Notes: a model not told the origin generated them from the letters alone. DNA of 64,000 bases from Eledone cirrhosa (GCA_964016885.1 OZ024754.1:3968001-4032000); one strand, 5' to 3'; positions 12,422 through 25,353 are shown, counted from the first letter of the stretch. Made by a program: numbers and translations.

Positions 12422-15400
12422 GAGATAGGGGAGATGGGAGGGTAGTTGTAAAGGGTGAGGGATTATATTAGGGAGATAGGGGAGATGGGAGGGTAGTTGT
12501 AAAGGGTGAGGGATTATATTAGGGAGATAGGGGAGATGGGAGGGTAGTTGTAAAGGGTGAGGGATTATATTAGGGAGATAGGGGAGATGGGAGGGTAGTT
12601 GTAAAGGGTGAGGGATTATATTAGGGAGATAGGGGAGATGGGAGGGTAGTTGTAAAGGGTGAGGGATTATATTAGGGAGATAGGGGAGATGGGAGGGTAG
12701 TTGTAAAGGGTGAGGGATTATATTAGGGAGATAGGGGAGATGGGAGGGTAGTTGTAAAGGGTGAGGGATTATATTAGGGAGATAGGGGAGATGGCAGGGT
12801 AGTTGTAAAGGGTGAGGGATTATATTAGGGAGATAGGGGAGATGGGAGGGTAGTTGTAAAGGGTGAGGGATTATATTAGGGAGATAGGGGAGATGGTAGG
12901 GTAGTTGTAAAGGGTGAGGGATTATATTAGGGAGATAGGGGAGATGGGAGGGTAGTTGTAAAGGGTGAGGGATTATATTAGGGAGATAGGGGAGATGGGA
13001 GGGTAGTTGTAAAGGCTGAGAGATTATATTAGGGAGATAGGGGAGATGGGAGGGTAGTTGTAAAGGGTGAGGGATTATATTAGGGAGATAGGGGAGATGG
13101 GAGGGTAGTTGTAAAGGGTGAGGGATTATATTAGGGAGATAGGGGAGATGGGAGGGTAGTTGTAAAGGGTGAGGGATTATATTAGGGAGATAGGGGTTAT
13201 GGGAGGGTAGTTGTAAAGGGTGAGGGATTATATTAGGGAGATAGGGGAGACGGGAGGGTAGTTGTAAAGGGTGAGGGATTATATTAGGGAGATAGGGGAG
13301 ATGGGAGGGTAGTTGTAAAGGGTGAGGGATTATATTAGGGAGATAGGGGTTATGGGAGGGTAGTTGTAAAGGGTGAGGGATTATATTAGGGAGATAGGGG
13401 TTATGGGAGGGTAGTTGTAAAGGAAGAGGGATTATATTAGGGAGATAGGGGAGATGGGAGGGTAGTTGTAAAGGGTGAGGGATTATATTAGGGAGATAGG
13501 GGAGATGGGAGGGTAGTTGTAAAGGGTGAGGGATTATATTAGGGAGATAGGGGAGATGGGAGGGTAGTTGTAAAGGGTGAGGGATTATATTAGGGAGATA
13601 GGGGTTATGGGAGGGTAGTTGTAAAGGAAGAGGGATTATATTAGGGAGATAGGGGAGATGGGAGGGTAGTTGTAAAGGAAGAGGGATTATATTAGGGAGA
13701 TAGGGGAGATGGGAGGGTAGTTGTAAAGGAAGAGGGATTATATTAGGGACATAGGGGAGATGGGAGGGTAGTTGTAAAGGGTGAGGGATTATATTAGGGA
13801 GATAGGGGAGACGGGAGGGTAGTTGTAAAGGAAGAGGGATTATATTAGGGAGATAGGGGTTATGGGAGGGTAGTTGTAAAGGCTGAGAGATTATATTAGG
13901 GAGATAGGGGTTATGGGAGGGTAGTTGTAAAGGAAGAGGGATTATATTAGGGAGATAGGGGTTATGGGAGGGTAGTTGTAAAGGAAGAGGGATTATATTA
14001 GGGAGATAGGGGTTATGGGAGGGTAGTTGTAAAGGCTGAGAGATTATATTAGGGAGATAGGGGTTATGGGAGGGTAGTTGTAAAGGAAGAGGGATTATAT
14101 TAGGGAGATAGGGGTTATGGGAGGGTAGTTGTAAAGGGTGAGGGATTATATTAGGGAGATAGGGGTTATGGGAGGGTAGTTGTAAAGGCTGAGAGATTAT
14201 ATTAGGGAGATAGGGGTTATGGGAGGGTAGTTGTAAAGGAAGAGGGATTATATTAGGGAGATAGGGGTTATGGGAGGGTAGTTGTAAAGGGTGAGGGATT
14301 ATATTAGGGAGATAGGGGTTATGGGAGGGTAGTTGTAAAGGCTGAGAGATTATATTAGGGAGATAGGGGTTATGGGAGGGTAGTTGTAAAGGGTGAGGGA
14401 TTATATTAGGGAGATAGGGGTTATGGGAGGGTAGTTGTAAAGGCTGAGAGATTATATTAGGGAGATAGGGGTTATGGGAGGGTAGTTGTAAAGGAAGAGG
14501 GATTATATTAGGGAGATAGGGGTTATGGGAGGGTAGTTGTAAAGGGTGAGGGATTATATTAGGGAGATAGGGGTTATGGGAGGGTAGTTGTAAAGGGTGA
14601 GAGATTATATTAGGGAGATAGGGGAGACGGCAGGGTAGTTGTAAAGGGTGAGGGATTATATTAGGGAGATAGGGGTTATGGGAGGGTAGTTGTAAAGGGT
14701 GAGGGATTATATTAGGGAGATAGGGGAGATGGGAGGGTAGTTGTAAAGGGTGAGGGATTATATTAGGGAGATAGGGGAGATGGGAGGGTAGTTGTAAAGG
14801 GTGAGAGATTATATTAGGGAGATAGGGGAGATGGGAGGGTAGTTGTAAAGGGTGAGAGATTATATTAGGGAGATAGGGGTTATGGGAGGGTAGTTGTAAA
14901 GGAAGAGGGATTATATTAGGGAGATAGGGGAGATGGGAGGGTAGTTGTAAAGGGTGAGGGATTATATTAGGGAGATAGGGGAGATGGGAGGGTAGTTGTA
15001 AAGGGTGAGAGATTATATTAGGGAGATAGGGGAGATGGGAGGGTAGTTGTAAAGGGTGAGAGATTATATTAGGGAGATAGGGGTTATGGGAGGGTAGTTG
15101 TAAAGGAAGAGGGATTATATTAGGGAGATAGGGGAGATGGGAGGGTAGTTGTAAAGGGTGAGGGATTATATTAGGGAGATAGGGGAGATGGGAGGGTAGT
15201 TGTAAAGGGTGAGGGATTATATTAGGGAGATAGGGGTTATGGGAGGGTAGTTGTAAAGGAAGAGGGATTATATTAGGGAGATAGGGGTTATGGGAGGGTA
15301 GTTGTAAAGGAAGAGGGATTATATTAGGGAGATAGGGGTTATGGGAGGGTAGTTGTAAAGGAAGAGGGATTATATTAGGGAGATAGGGGAGATGGGAGGG

Positions 15401-17367
15401 TAGTTGTAAAGGGTGAGGGATTATATTAGGGAGATAGGGGAGATGGCAGGGTAGTTGTAAAGGGTGAGGGATTATATTAGGGAGATAGGGGTTATGGGAG
15501 GGTAGTTGTAAAGGAAGAGGGATTATATTAGGGAGATAGGGGAGATGGGAGGGTAGTTGTAAAGGGTGAGGGATTATATTAGGGAGATAGGGGAGATGGG
15601 AGGGTAGTTGTAAAGGAAGAGGGATTATATTAGGGAGATAGGGTTATGGGAGGGTAGTTGTAAAGGAAGAGGGATTATATTAGGGAGATAGGGGTTATGG
15701 GAGGGTAGTTGTAAAGGAAGAGGGATTATATTAGGGAGATAGGGGAGATGGGAGGGTAGTTGTAAAGGGTGAGGGATTATATTAGGGAGATAGGGGAGAT
15801 GGCAGGGTAGTTGTAAAGGGTGAGGGATTATATTAGGGAGATAGGGGTTATGGGAGGGTAGTTGTAAAGGAAGAGGGATTATATTAGGGAGATAGGGGAG
15901 ATGGGAGGGTAGTTGTAAAGGGTGAGGGATTATATTAGGGAGATAGGGGAGATGGGAGGGTAGTTGTAAAGGGTGAGGGATTATATTAGGGAGATAGGGG
16001 TTATGGGAGGGTAGTTGTAAAGGGTGAGGGATTATATTAGGGAGATAGGGGAGATGGGAGGGTAGTTGTAAAGGGTGAGGGATTATATTAGGGAGATAGG
16101 GGAGATGGGAGGGTAGTTGTAAAGGGTGAGGGATTATATTAGGGAGATAGGGGTTATGGGAGGGTAGTTGTAAAGGGTGAGGGATTATATTAGGGAGATA
16201 GGGGAGATGGGAGGGTAGTTGTAAAGGAAGAGGGATTATATTAGGGAGATAGGGGTTATGGGAGGGTAGTTGTAAAGGAAGAGGGATTATATTAGGGAGA
16301 TAGGGGTTATGGGAGGGTAGTTGTAAAGGGTGAGGGATTATATTAGGGAGATAGGGGTTATGGGAGGGTAGTTGTAAAGGCTGAGAGATTATATTAGGGA
16401 GATAGGGGTTATGGGAGGGTAGTTGTAAAGGAAGAGGGATTATATTAGGGAGATAGGGGTTATGGGAGGGTAGTTGTAAAGGGTGAGGGATTATATTAGG
16501 GAGATAGGGGTTATGGGAGGGTAGTTGTAAAGGAAGAGGGATTATATTAGGGAGATAGGGGTTATGGGAGGGTAGTTGTAAAGGGTGAGGGATTATATTA
16601 GGGAGATAGGGGTTATGGGAGGGTAGTTGTAAAGGAAGAGGGATTATATTAGGGAGATAGGGGTTATGGGAGGGTAGTTGTAAAGGGTGAGGGATTATAT
16701 TAGGGAGATAGGGGAGATGGGAGGGTAGTTGTAAAGGGTGAGGGATTATATTAGGGAGATAGGGGTTATGGGAGGGTAGTTGTAAAGGGTGAGAGATTAT
16801 ATTAGGGAGATAGGGGAGATGGCAGGGTAGTTGTAAAGGGTGAGGGATTATATTAGGGAGATAGGGGAGATGGGAGGGTAGTTGTAAATGGTGAGAGATT
16901 ATATTAGGGAGATAGGGGTTATGGGAGGGTAGTTGTAAAGGGTGAGAGATTATATTAGGGAGATAGGGGAGATGGCAGGGTAGTTGTAAAGGGTGAGGGA
17001 TTATATTAGGGAGATAGGGGAGATGGGAGGGTAGTTGTAAAGGCTGAGAGATTATATTAGGGAGATAGGGGAGATGGGAGGGTAGTTGTAAAGGGTGAGG
17101 GATTATATTAGGGAGATAGGGGAGATGGCAGGGTAGTTGTAAAGGGTGAGGGATTATATTAGGGAGATAGGGGAGATGGGAGGGTAGTTGTAAAGGGTGA
17201 GAGATTATATTAGGGAGATAGGGGAGATGGGAGGGTAGTTGTAAAGGGTGAGAGATTATATTAGGGAGGTAGGGGAGATGGGAGGGTAGTTGTACAGGGT
17301 GAGAGATTATATTAGGGAGATAGGGGAGATGGGAGGGTAGTTGTAAAGGGTGAGGGATTATATTAGG
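12422..17367. repeat. 51-bp G-rich minisatellite, 97 units (GAGATAGGGGAGATGGGAGGGTAGTTGTAAAGGGTGAGGGATTATATTAGG)
   Basis: Unit starts at 12422, 15635 (63x51 later), 15685 (one 50-bp unit) and 17368 (33x51 later). The 17-aa periodicity of ORF 15625..17985 matches. Confidence 0.98.
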
Positions 17368-17417
17368 GAGGTAGACCAACGAGCGGACACTGGGATGAGA
17401 GGAAGATGTCTTGTGGA

Positions 17418-18069
17418 TATGTGTGTCTATATACATCGGTATGTATAGATGTGTGTTTATAATCGTGTGTGTATAATTGTGTGTATATATAAATGTGGGT
17501 CTATATAATTGTGCGTCTATATACATGTGTGTATAATTGTGTGTATAACCGTATGTGTATATAAATATATGTGTAAATAAATGTGTGTGTATATAAATGT
17601 GTATGTGTAAATAAATGTGTGTGTATATAAATATGTGTTTATATAAATGTGGGTCTATATAATTGTGTGTGTATAGATGTATATGTGTGCATATAAATAT
17701 GTATGTATAAATGTGTGCGTATAAATGTGTATGTGTATAAATTTGTGTGTATACATGTGTGTATGTATATAAATGTGTGTATATAAATGTGTATGTGTAT
17801 ATAAATGTGTGTGTATATATATACATGTGTGTATGTAACTGTATTTGTGCGTGCGTGTGTGTGTGTGTGTGTGTGTCATCGTATGTGTGTGTTGTTGTAG
17901 CGCTCGTGGGTATGTGTAACTGTATATACCCGTCTGTGTAGATAGGTGTGTGAGTATATATACATGTGTGTGAGTATATATGCACGTGTGTGAGTAATTG
18001 TACACGTGTGTGAGTATATATACACGTGTGTGAGTATATATATATACGTATGTGAGTAATTGTACATGT

Positions 18070-18143
<74 letters not shown>

Positions 18144-18300
18144 GAGTGTGAGTGTGTTATTGAGTGTGAGTGTGTTATTTTTTGTTTGATTGCATGTATA
18201 GCTACTTGTGATTAATGTGCATTAGTGTGTGTTACTTAGTGCGCACACGTGTGTGTGTGTGTATGTTTGTGTGTATGTGTGTGTGTATGTGTGTGTATTA
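17418..18300. repeat. Degenerate TG-rich repeat (GTGTGTATATAAAT-like) grading into (TG)n
   Basis: Direct reading. Confidence 0.85.
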
Positions 18301-18534
18301 CACTAGATGTGGACGTGTTACTCTATATGTGTATGCTATTGTACATTTTCGAGTTTATTGAGTGTCCGTTAATGTAAGTGTGTGTTTGTGTTGGAGGTGA
18401 TTGAGTTTGAATTTTAGAGGACTGTGGCGAAAGATGGGGTGGTAGAAGTACGGTGTGGTGGGGGAGGATACGAGATAGATAGATAGATAGAGAGATGGAG
18501 AGATACATGGATGGATAGATATATAGATAGATAA

Positions 18535-19482
18535 ATTTCTTTATTAGCCACAACAGCACAAAAGAAAGGGACAAATCCAAATGAGGAGTTTACATACAGG
18601 TATATGAAAATAAGACTATTAATAAAATAACAAATAACAATTGATATCCCCAATAGGGGGAGGTGTTACACAGGGGTTGTACACACCCCAAAAAAATGTA
18701 CAACCCTCATCTCCAGGAGCACCAAGAGAGAGTACTCGCTTCCTCTCTTCCTCTTTTTCCTCAACCTACAGGCTTATATAGAGAGAAGGCCCAACCACTC
18801 GGGCCATCTTTGCCACATTCACCCACCTTTTATGAAATTTGCTGGGGTACAGCACCTCTCTCCCCATCCTGATTGTTCTTAAAAAATGATATTTGAAAAA
18901 ATGAATCAGTTGCTCGCCGGAGAGAAAGTTGTCTGACCTCAGTCCTTTTAACCTCGTCCACCATATAACCTCTTTCACCATAGCCATAACACATAGGAAA
19001 ACCGCCCTCTCCCTCGTTTTTGAAGGAGGATGGCGGGTTGATCATGACAATGGACTCGGTGGTCAACTGGATTGGTCCCATCCGAGACAATAGTCGTTCT
19101 ACATAGCCCCACAGGTCGGTAACGCCCGGGCAGTGTACAAATGCGTGCGCAACGCTTTCCTCGTCGCGCACGCATCTCGGACAGATCTTTTTCGAAGGGT
19201 CCCTGCCCGAGCGCCCGTGTCTGTAGAGCTTGTCTCGAACTGGTAGAGCTCCTCGGTAGCACTACCAGGCCAGGGACTTTTGGAAGTTGTCCATTGGTCC
19301 CGGGCGGAATGTCCTACCGAACAGACTGGCCAGTTCGTCCTCCTCTACGCCTAGAGTTTCTCCGAGCGCGTCGTCGCAATTGCTGCGGACCAACCCTCTA
19401 TAGAATGTCGAAGTGGAGTCTCCACTGATCGCCAGGTCCGTTTGCCAGAGGACTGTGAGCGGCTGAGCACATTCGATGTGCC
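18535..19482 (-). mobile_element. 5'-truncated Tx1/L1-like non-LTR retrotransposon: ORF2 C-terminus with zf-RVT/CCHC knuckle plus 3' UTR
   Basis: Minus-strand translation: ...MDNFQKSLAW*CYRGALPVRDKLYRHG...KICPRCVRDEESVAHAFVHCPGVTDLW (CX2CX8HX4C at 19130-19183). After a frameshift: VKEVIWWTRLKG...FFKYH...RWVNVA. AATAAA lies just before a (TATC)n tract. The region is GC-rich relative to background. Confidence 0.9.
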
Positions 19483-19527
<45 letters not shown>

Positions 19528-19528
19528 T

Positions 19529-19603
19529 ATTTCTTTATTAGCCACAGGGGCACAAAAGAAGGGGACAAATACAAAGGGGGAAGTTTACATACAATAAAAA
19601 CGT
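19529..19603 (-). mobile_element. Second, ~75-bp 3' terminus of the same Tx1-like family
   Basis: ATTTCTTTATTAGCCACA..GCACAAAAGAA.GGGACAAAT..AAA..G...AGTTTACATACA matches 18535-18598; (GATA)n on both sides. Confidence 0.85.
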
Positions 19604-19667
19604 GATAGATAGATATATAGATAGATAGAGAGCGAGAGAGACGGGAAGCTGAGTGGAAGAAAACAGA

Positions 19668-19852
19668 AAGAAGAAGAAGAAGAAGAAGAAGAAGAAGAAG
19701 AAGAAGAAGAAGAAGAAGAAGAAGAAGAAGAAGAAGAAGAAGAAGAAGGAGAAGGAGAAGGAGAAGAAGAAGAAGAAGAAGAAGAAGAAGAAGAAGAAGA
19801 AGAAGAAGAAGAAGAAGAAGAAGAAGAAGAACAACAACAACAACAACAACAA
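19668..19852. repeat. (GAA)n then (CAA)n microsatellite
   Basis: Direct reading. Confidence 0.95.
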
Positions 19853-20185
19853 AAACAGATAACTCAAATAGGCAGAGACCTTGAGAGAGAGAGTGAGAGG
19901 AGGGTTATGTTAATAACAATGGCGGTATGAGCTGAAGTGAAGTAAATATGGGAGGGAGGTGAGGAAATATTAAATTGTAGATTAAGAAGGGTGGAGTACG
20001 TGGTTGGTGTTATACAATAGAGAGATATGAGATAAGGAGTGTAGGGTGGAGAAAGGAGATATCCGTGATGTATAGCCAGAGACACTCAGAAAGAGGCAGA
20101 CTGACATAACCGTGGGTCAGTCTGACAGTAAACTGGACATAGACAGAAAAATTCTATAAGATTGCCAAGAACGAAAGAAAGAATT

Positions 20186-20256
<71 letters not shown>

Positions 20257-20469
20257 TTGCTTCACTTTTCGTATCTGTTTCATTTTTCTCTCTCTCTCCC
20301 TTCTTTTTTATCCCAATGATGTATTTTAATTATTGCTCGCCCTAGGCTGAGGTATCTTGTCTCTAACGTGAAGAAATACCTATGATTCCTAGCAGACAAC
20401 TGACGATGGACATTACACTCTTTCGCCCGTAACTTTTATTTTATTTTCACTATATATATATATATATAT

Positions 20470-20648
20470 AGTATCGGTAGAGGGTCAGACGCCATGCTTT
20501 GCAGCAAAGATTTACGGCCCTTTATGGTTCGAGTTCGAATCCCGCCGAGGTTAACTTTGCCTTTCATCCTTACGAGGTCGATAAAATAAAGTACCAGTAA
20601 TACACTGGGGTAATTGGTGGCGTTGTGCCAAAAGTAGAAACAATTATT
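20470..20648 (+). mobile_element. SINE family A copy inside a (TA)n tract
   Basis: B-box GAGTTCGAATCC, shared core and GTAGAAACAATTATT end. Confidence 0.9.
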
Positions 20649-20843
20649 TATATATATATATATAGTTGTGAAAGAGTAAAGAATAAAATGGCCGTATATA
20701 CAAAAAAGGTTTTATATACAGTATTAACAATGGTTTCAGTGATCAGGGTACAGCGCACTCACAACCTCTAACTGGATTACCTACATCGATAACTTGTTAT
20801 CCTATATATATATATACATATATATATATACATATATATATAC

Positions 20844-20910
<67 letters not shown>

Positions 20911-21431
20911 GATATAATTTAAAAAATGAGCCTTGTGTACGTAATCAATCTCGTATTTCTGAACTGTATAAATGCTTCGCCTACAATGATCTGTTTACGA
21001 ATGAGAGAGAGAGAGACTCAGAGAGAGACTGAGATGGTTACCCCCGATTGAACCCGGGATAAACACAAACACACACACACACACACATACACGCATCGGG
21101 AGTAACCACAGTTATTAAGATACTCAATACATTAGTAGAGTATAAAAATCAAAGTTTCTTGTAGAAATGACTTCTATAGGACTAGGACAGTTTCATTCAA
21201 AAGAAATCATCAGTTCTCACCAAACTACCGAAACACTCATCTATTGGTATATGTGCTACAATTTATGTACAGTTTATGTTTATCGCATATCGAAGTATTT
21301 CATATTTTGGTGTGATATTTAATGATAACAGCTACACTAATCACTTACAACAGCTACACTGTTCACTTACAACTAAATTTACCAAATTACCCTTCCATTC
21401 CCAAACCAGAAATGCTTCCACTGTCCCTCAG

Positions 21432-21627
21432 TAATAATTGTTTCTACTTTTGGCACAAGGCCAGCAATTATCACATTGCATTACTGGTACTTTATTTTAT
21501 CGACCCCGTAAGGATGAAAGGTAAAGTTAACCTCGCCGGGATTTGAACTCAGAATGACAAGGGCCGTAACTCTATGCGTCAAGGTATGGCCTCCGATCCT
21601 CTACCGATACTGCCAATCCACCGCCCC
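21432..21627 (-). mobile_element. SINE family A, full length, with apparent target-site duplication
   Basis: Reverse complement of the family A consensus; CCCTCAGTAATAATT occurs at 21425-21439 and 21625-21639. Confidence 0.92.
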
Positions 21628-21631
21628 TCAG

Positions 21632-21766
21632 TAATAATTGTTTCTACTTTTGGCACAAGGCTAGTAATTATCCAAGTGTATTACTGGTACTTTATTTTAT
21701 CGACCCCGTAAGGATGAAAGGCAGAGTTAACCTTGGCGGGATTTGAACTCAGAGCGTAAAGGGTCG
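21632..21766 (-). mobile_element. SINE family A, 5'-truncated
   Basis: Shared core and B-box on the minus strand. Confidence 0.9.
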
Positions 21767-21921
21767 TGTATTTTTGAAAGATAGAGTGTGATGTAAGGTG
21801 TTTAGCTGCTATCTACAGCAGGTCTAGGAAACCCCTAAGGAGACATACTATTTATCATCACATAAAAGGTCTTGATACATCATATAGTTAATTCAATCTT
21901 CACCAGGAAGAAATATATAGC

Positions 21922-22141
21922 CAGTATCGGAAGAACGTCGGACAACGTCATATATTACGTCATATATTTACAGGGTTCATATAGTTCTGAGCTGAAATCC
22001 ATCCCGCAGAGCTTAAGCTTTGCCTTTCAACCTAACGGGGTCGTTAAAATAAAGTACCAGTATCGCACTGGGGTCGATTTAATCGACTTTCCCTTTTCCA
22101 TTTAAACTGCTGGCCTTATACCAAACGTAGAAACAATTATT

Positions 22142-22142
<1 letters not shown>
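21922..22142 (+). mobile_element. SINE family A, older diverged copy, followed by (TAG)n to 22211
   Basis: TTTGCCTTTCAACCTAACGGGGTCGTTAAAATAAAGTACCAGT core; GTAGAAACAATTATT end. Confidence 0.85.
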
Positions 22143-22211
<69 letters not shown>

Positions 22212-22538
22212 CCTATATTTGTAGGCTCTATTTGTGTTGTCGCTAACCGTAGAGTTATACGTTGATATTTTTCCGAGACACTTCAGAATGTGACGTTGTT
22301 CGACTCCCAAATATTTCATCATTAGGAAAAAAAAATGTCATCACAATATTTCCTTATTTACTATGGTTTCATTGTTGTTGATGTTGATGTTGTTGTTGTC
22401 GTTGTTGTGGTGGTGGTGGTGTTATCGTTCTCTGCAACCCCAACACAGTAGCAGCAGTCACAATATTGAATTGATCCTCATAAATATCATCGCACGTCAC
22501 AACAAACTTAGTCCTATACCCCAGCTGCAATGTGTATG

Positions 22539-22641
<103 letters not shown>

Positions 22642-22693
22642 GTGTGTATATGAAAACATGTATGAGTGTGTATGCATACATACACCCACACAC

Positions 22694-22743
<50 letters not shown>

Positions 22744-23328
22744 CACTGTATATATATATATATGTGCGTGTGCATGTGTCTGTGTGTGTCTCTGTGTCTA
22801 TGTGTGTATATATATATATATGTACCTCCGTACGTTCACCAAGGTCCACTGATTCCATCCTGTTCATACAACACATATCATTTGACCTATGTAACATTCT
22901 GTCTGAACCATATAACGACTTACACATCTCTTCATATAAAAAAGACGGACGAAACAAGACATCATATTACTTCACCCAGTCTTTCCCACGGGAAAAAATA
23001 AAAAAAGAATCGAGAGAGGGAATGGCTAACAGAAGGGGTATACCTTATACAGATTGTCGCTTATTCTATATGCATTGTCATCAAAGTGAAGCGGGTAGAA
23101 TTGCTAGCATGTTAAGTATATGTTTCGGGTGGTTCTCTCGTGTAACTTGGGAACTAAATCCCATCACTGAGGGATTTTGTTTTATATATAAGTATGAATG
23201 CATGGGTGCATGTGTGTTTGTAGATGTGTGTGTGCGTGTGTATGTATGGAATTATATGTATATAAAAATCTGTGTGTGTGTAGTAAATATATCCATTCAC
23301 ATATGCATACACACATCTACGTACAGAT

Positions 23329-23402
<74 letters not shown>

Positions 23403-23619
23403 TTATGTATATATGTGCGTATATATATATTTATATATATATATATATATTCATATATATATATATAGAAAGAGAAATAAAGAGAGAGACATGTCTGTGT
23501 GTTGGTCTCTGTGTATGTTTACATTATACACACATGTAAACTACACATGCTGTAATATATCACGATTCTATTTTAGGACAAATTATCAGACACTTTCATT
23601 TATTTAGTGCTAAGCCGAG

Positions 23620-23791
23620 TGGGAGGGGTAGACAGTATCAGTAGAACGTCGGAGAAACAACCATTGTGGCATATATATTTGGTCCTTCACACTCTGAGTT
23701 CAAATCCAGCAGAGGTTAGCTCTATGGGATTAGGCGTTTATCTTTACGGTGTCGTTAAAATTAAGAACTAGTAACGCACGAGGATCGATGA
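23620..23791 (+). mobile_element. SINE family A, strongly decayed
   Basis: CAGTATCAGTAGA...CTGAGTTCAAATCCAGCAGAGGTTA...GTCGTTAAAATTAAG. Confidence 0.7.
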
Positions 23792-23947
23792 TAACCCAAA
23801 TAATATTATGCACATGGAAGGATGGCCTGGTCTAGTTGAAGAAACTGGGTAAACGTTTGCAGATGATGTTGATGAGGACGGTGAGAGCTATTTTAAACAT
23901 GTTACCACATGTAACATTTATTATTTATACACAACATGCACAGCAAT

Positions 23948-24162
23948 GTGGAGGCGTGTGGCTTAGTGGTTAGAGAATTGGATTCGCAACCGTGAGGATT
24001 GTGAGTTCGATTCTCGGACCGCGCGATGCATTATGTCCTTGAGCAAGACATTTTATTTCACATTGCTCCTTCTAACTGGAGTTGCGACCGATAGATTGTA
24101 TTAGCAATCGGAAAGACTAATGGAAACATTGTTTCCTCGGTTCGATTTGACGAAAGTCGATC
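23948..24162 (+). mobile_element. tRNA-derived CORE-type SINE (family B)
   Basis: A-box TGGCTTAGTGG, B-box GAGTTCGATTC, CORE-like TGTCCTTGAGCAAGACATTTTATTTCACATTGCTCC; inverted copy at 27502-27716. Confidence 0.88.
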
Positions 24163-24663
24163 GTTCCTTTGTTTTATGCACAGCAATACATTTCCCATAA
24201 CCAACTATCCACTGTTGATTACAATATTGTCTACGTCTTAAGACAATGAACGTATTTTGTCCAAAAACTAATTACTTGTGTTCCTACAGCTATACCACGA
24301 TTCCCTCCTGTTATCCCTGAAGACTCCACCCCTATCTCGAAGTAGCAATAGCCACACAAATAACATTTTCTTCTCATATACGCAGAATTTTTCATATACG
24401 CAGAATTTTTATTTATAGAAAACTTATCCTAAATCTCGGATCAACTTTCGAATATATTTAATTAGAATAAAATCAATGAGTAGGTGTCGAAAACTTTAGA
24501 AAGCTAGACGTTTATTTTACTTTAAAAAGGTCAAAATAATCATAAATATGACAAAAAGTCTTTATAACAAAAGACAAAATACGCCAGAGCCGTGATTTAA
24601 ATCTAAATCGCTCACGTACACATAAACACACAGAAATAGACGCACGCACATACACACACTGGG

Positions 24664-24696
<33 letters not shown>

Positions 24697-24729
24697 TATA
24701 GGTATATTTTTTTGTGACTATGTGTGCGC

Positions 24730-24826
<97 letters not shown>

Positions 24827-24962
24827 CTTTCAAAAACTACATTTCTCAGCACATCACATTAATAGGTTTTGGCATGGACATTTCAACAATATGAATATGT
24901 ATATATCTTTATCTATATCTATATGTGTGTGTGTGTGTGTGTCTGTGTGAGTGTATACAAAG

Positions 24963-25000
<38 letters not shown>

Positions 25001-25269
25001 CGTCATCAAGTGAATTGATCATATGGGGAACATATTTCGGTTATAATGAAATCTAGATTTTTCTCTTTGATAGCTGTGTCTTTTATTGGACACAGATGGA
25101 CTCTGGCAATACCGAATATCCCTTTCTAAAGTGGAGCACAACACCAACAAAATAACATAACAATGAAACAATTGAAGAGCAATCCACCCAGAAACACTCG
25201 AAAACAACATCTACACACACATACGCACTCCCATTTAAACACACATGAGTGCACATACATATACACACA

Positions 25270-25353
<84 letters not shown>

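Noticed and set aside
12422-17367. CRISPR array or telomeric repeat (TTAGGG occurs at each unit junction)
   Set aside because: Units are contiguous with no unique spacers and there are no cas genes; TTAGGG occurs once per 51 bp, not in tandem.
21036-21107. 13-bp inverted repeat (GGTTACCCCCGAT / ATCGGGAGTAACC) around a CA tract
   Set aside because: Too short, and seen only once in this window, to call a MITE.
23948-24025. tRNA gene
   Set aside because: The A/B boxes run straight into a CORE-like domain and recur in other copies; this is a SINE head with no complete cloverleaf.
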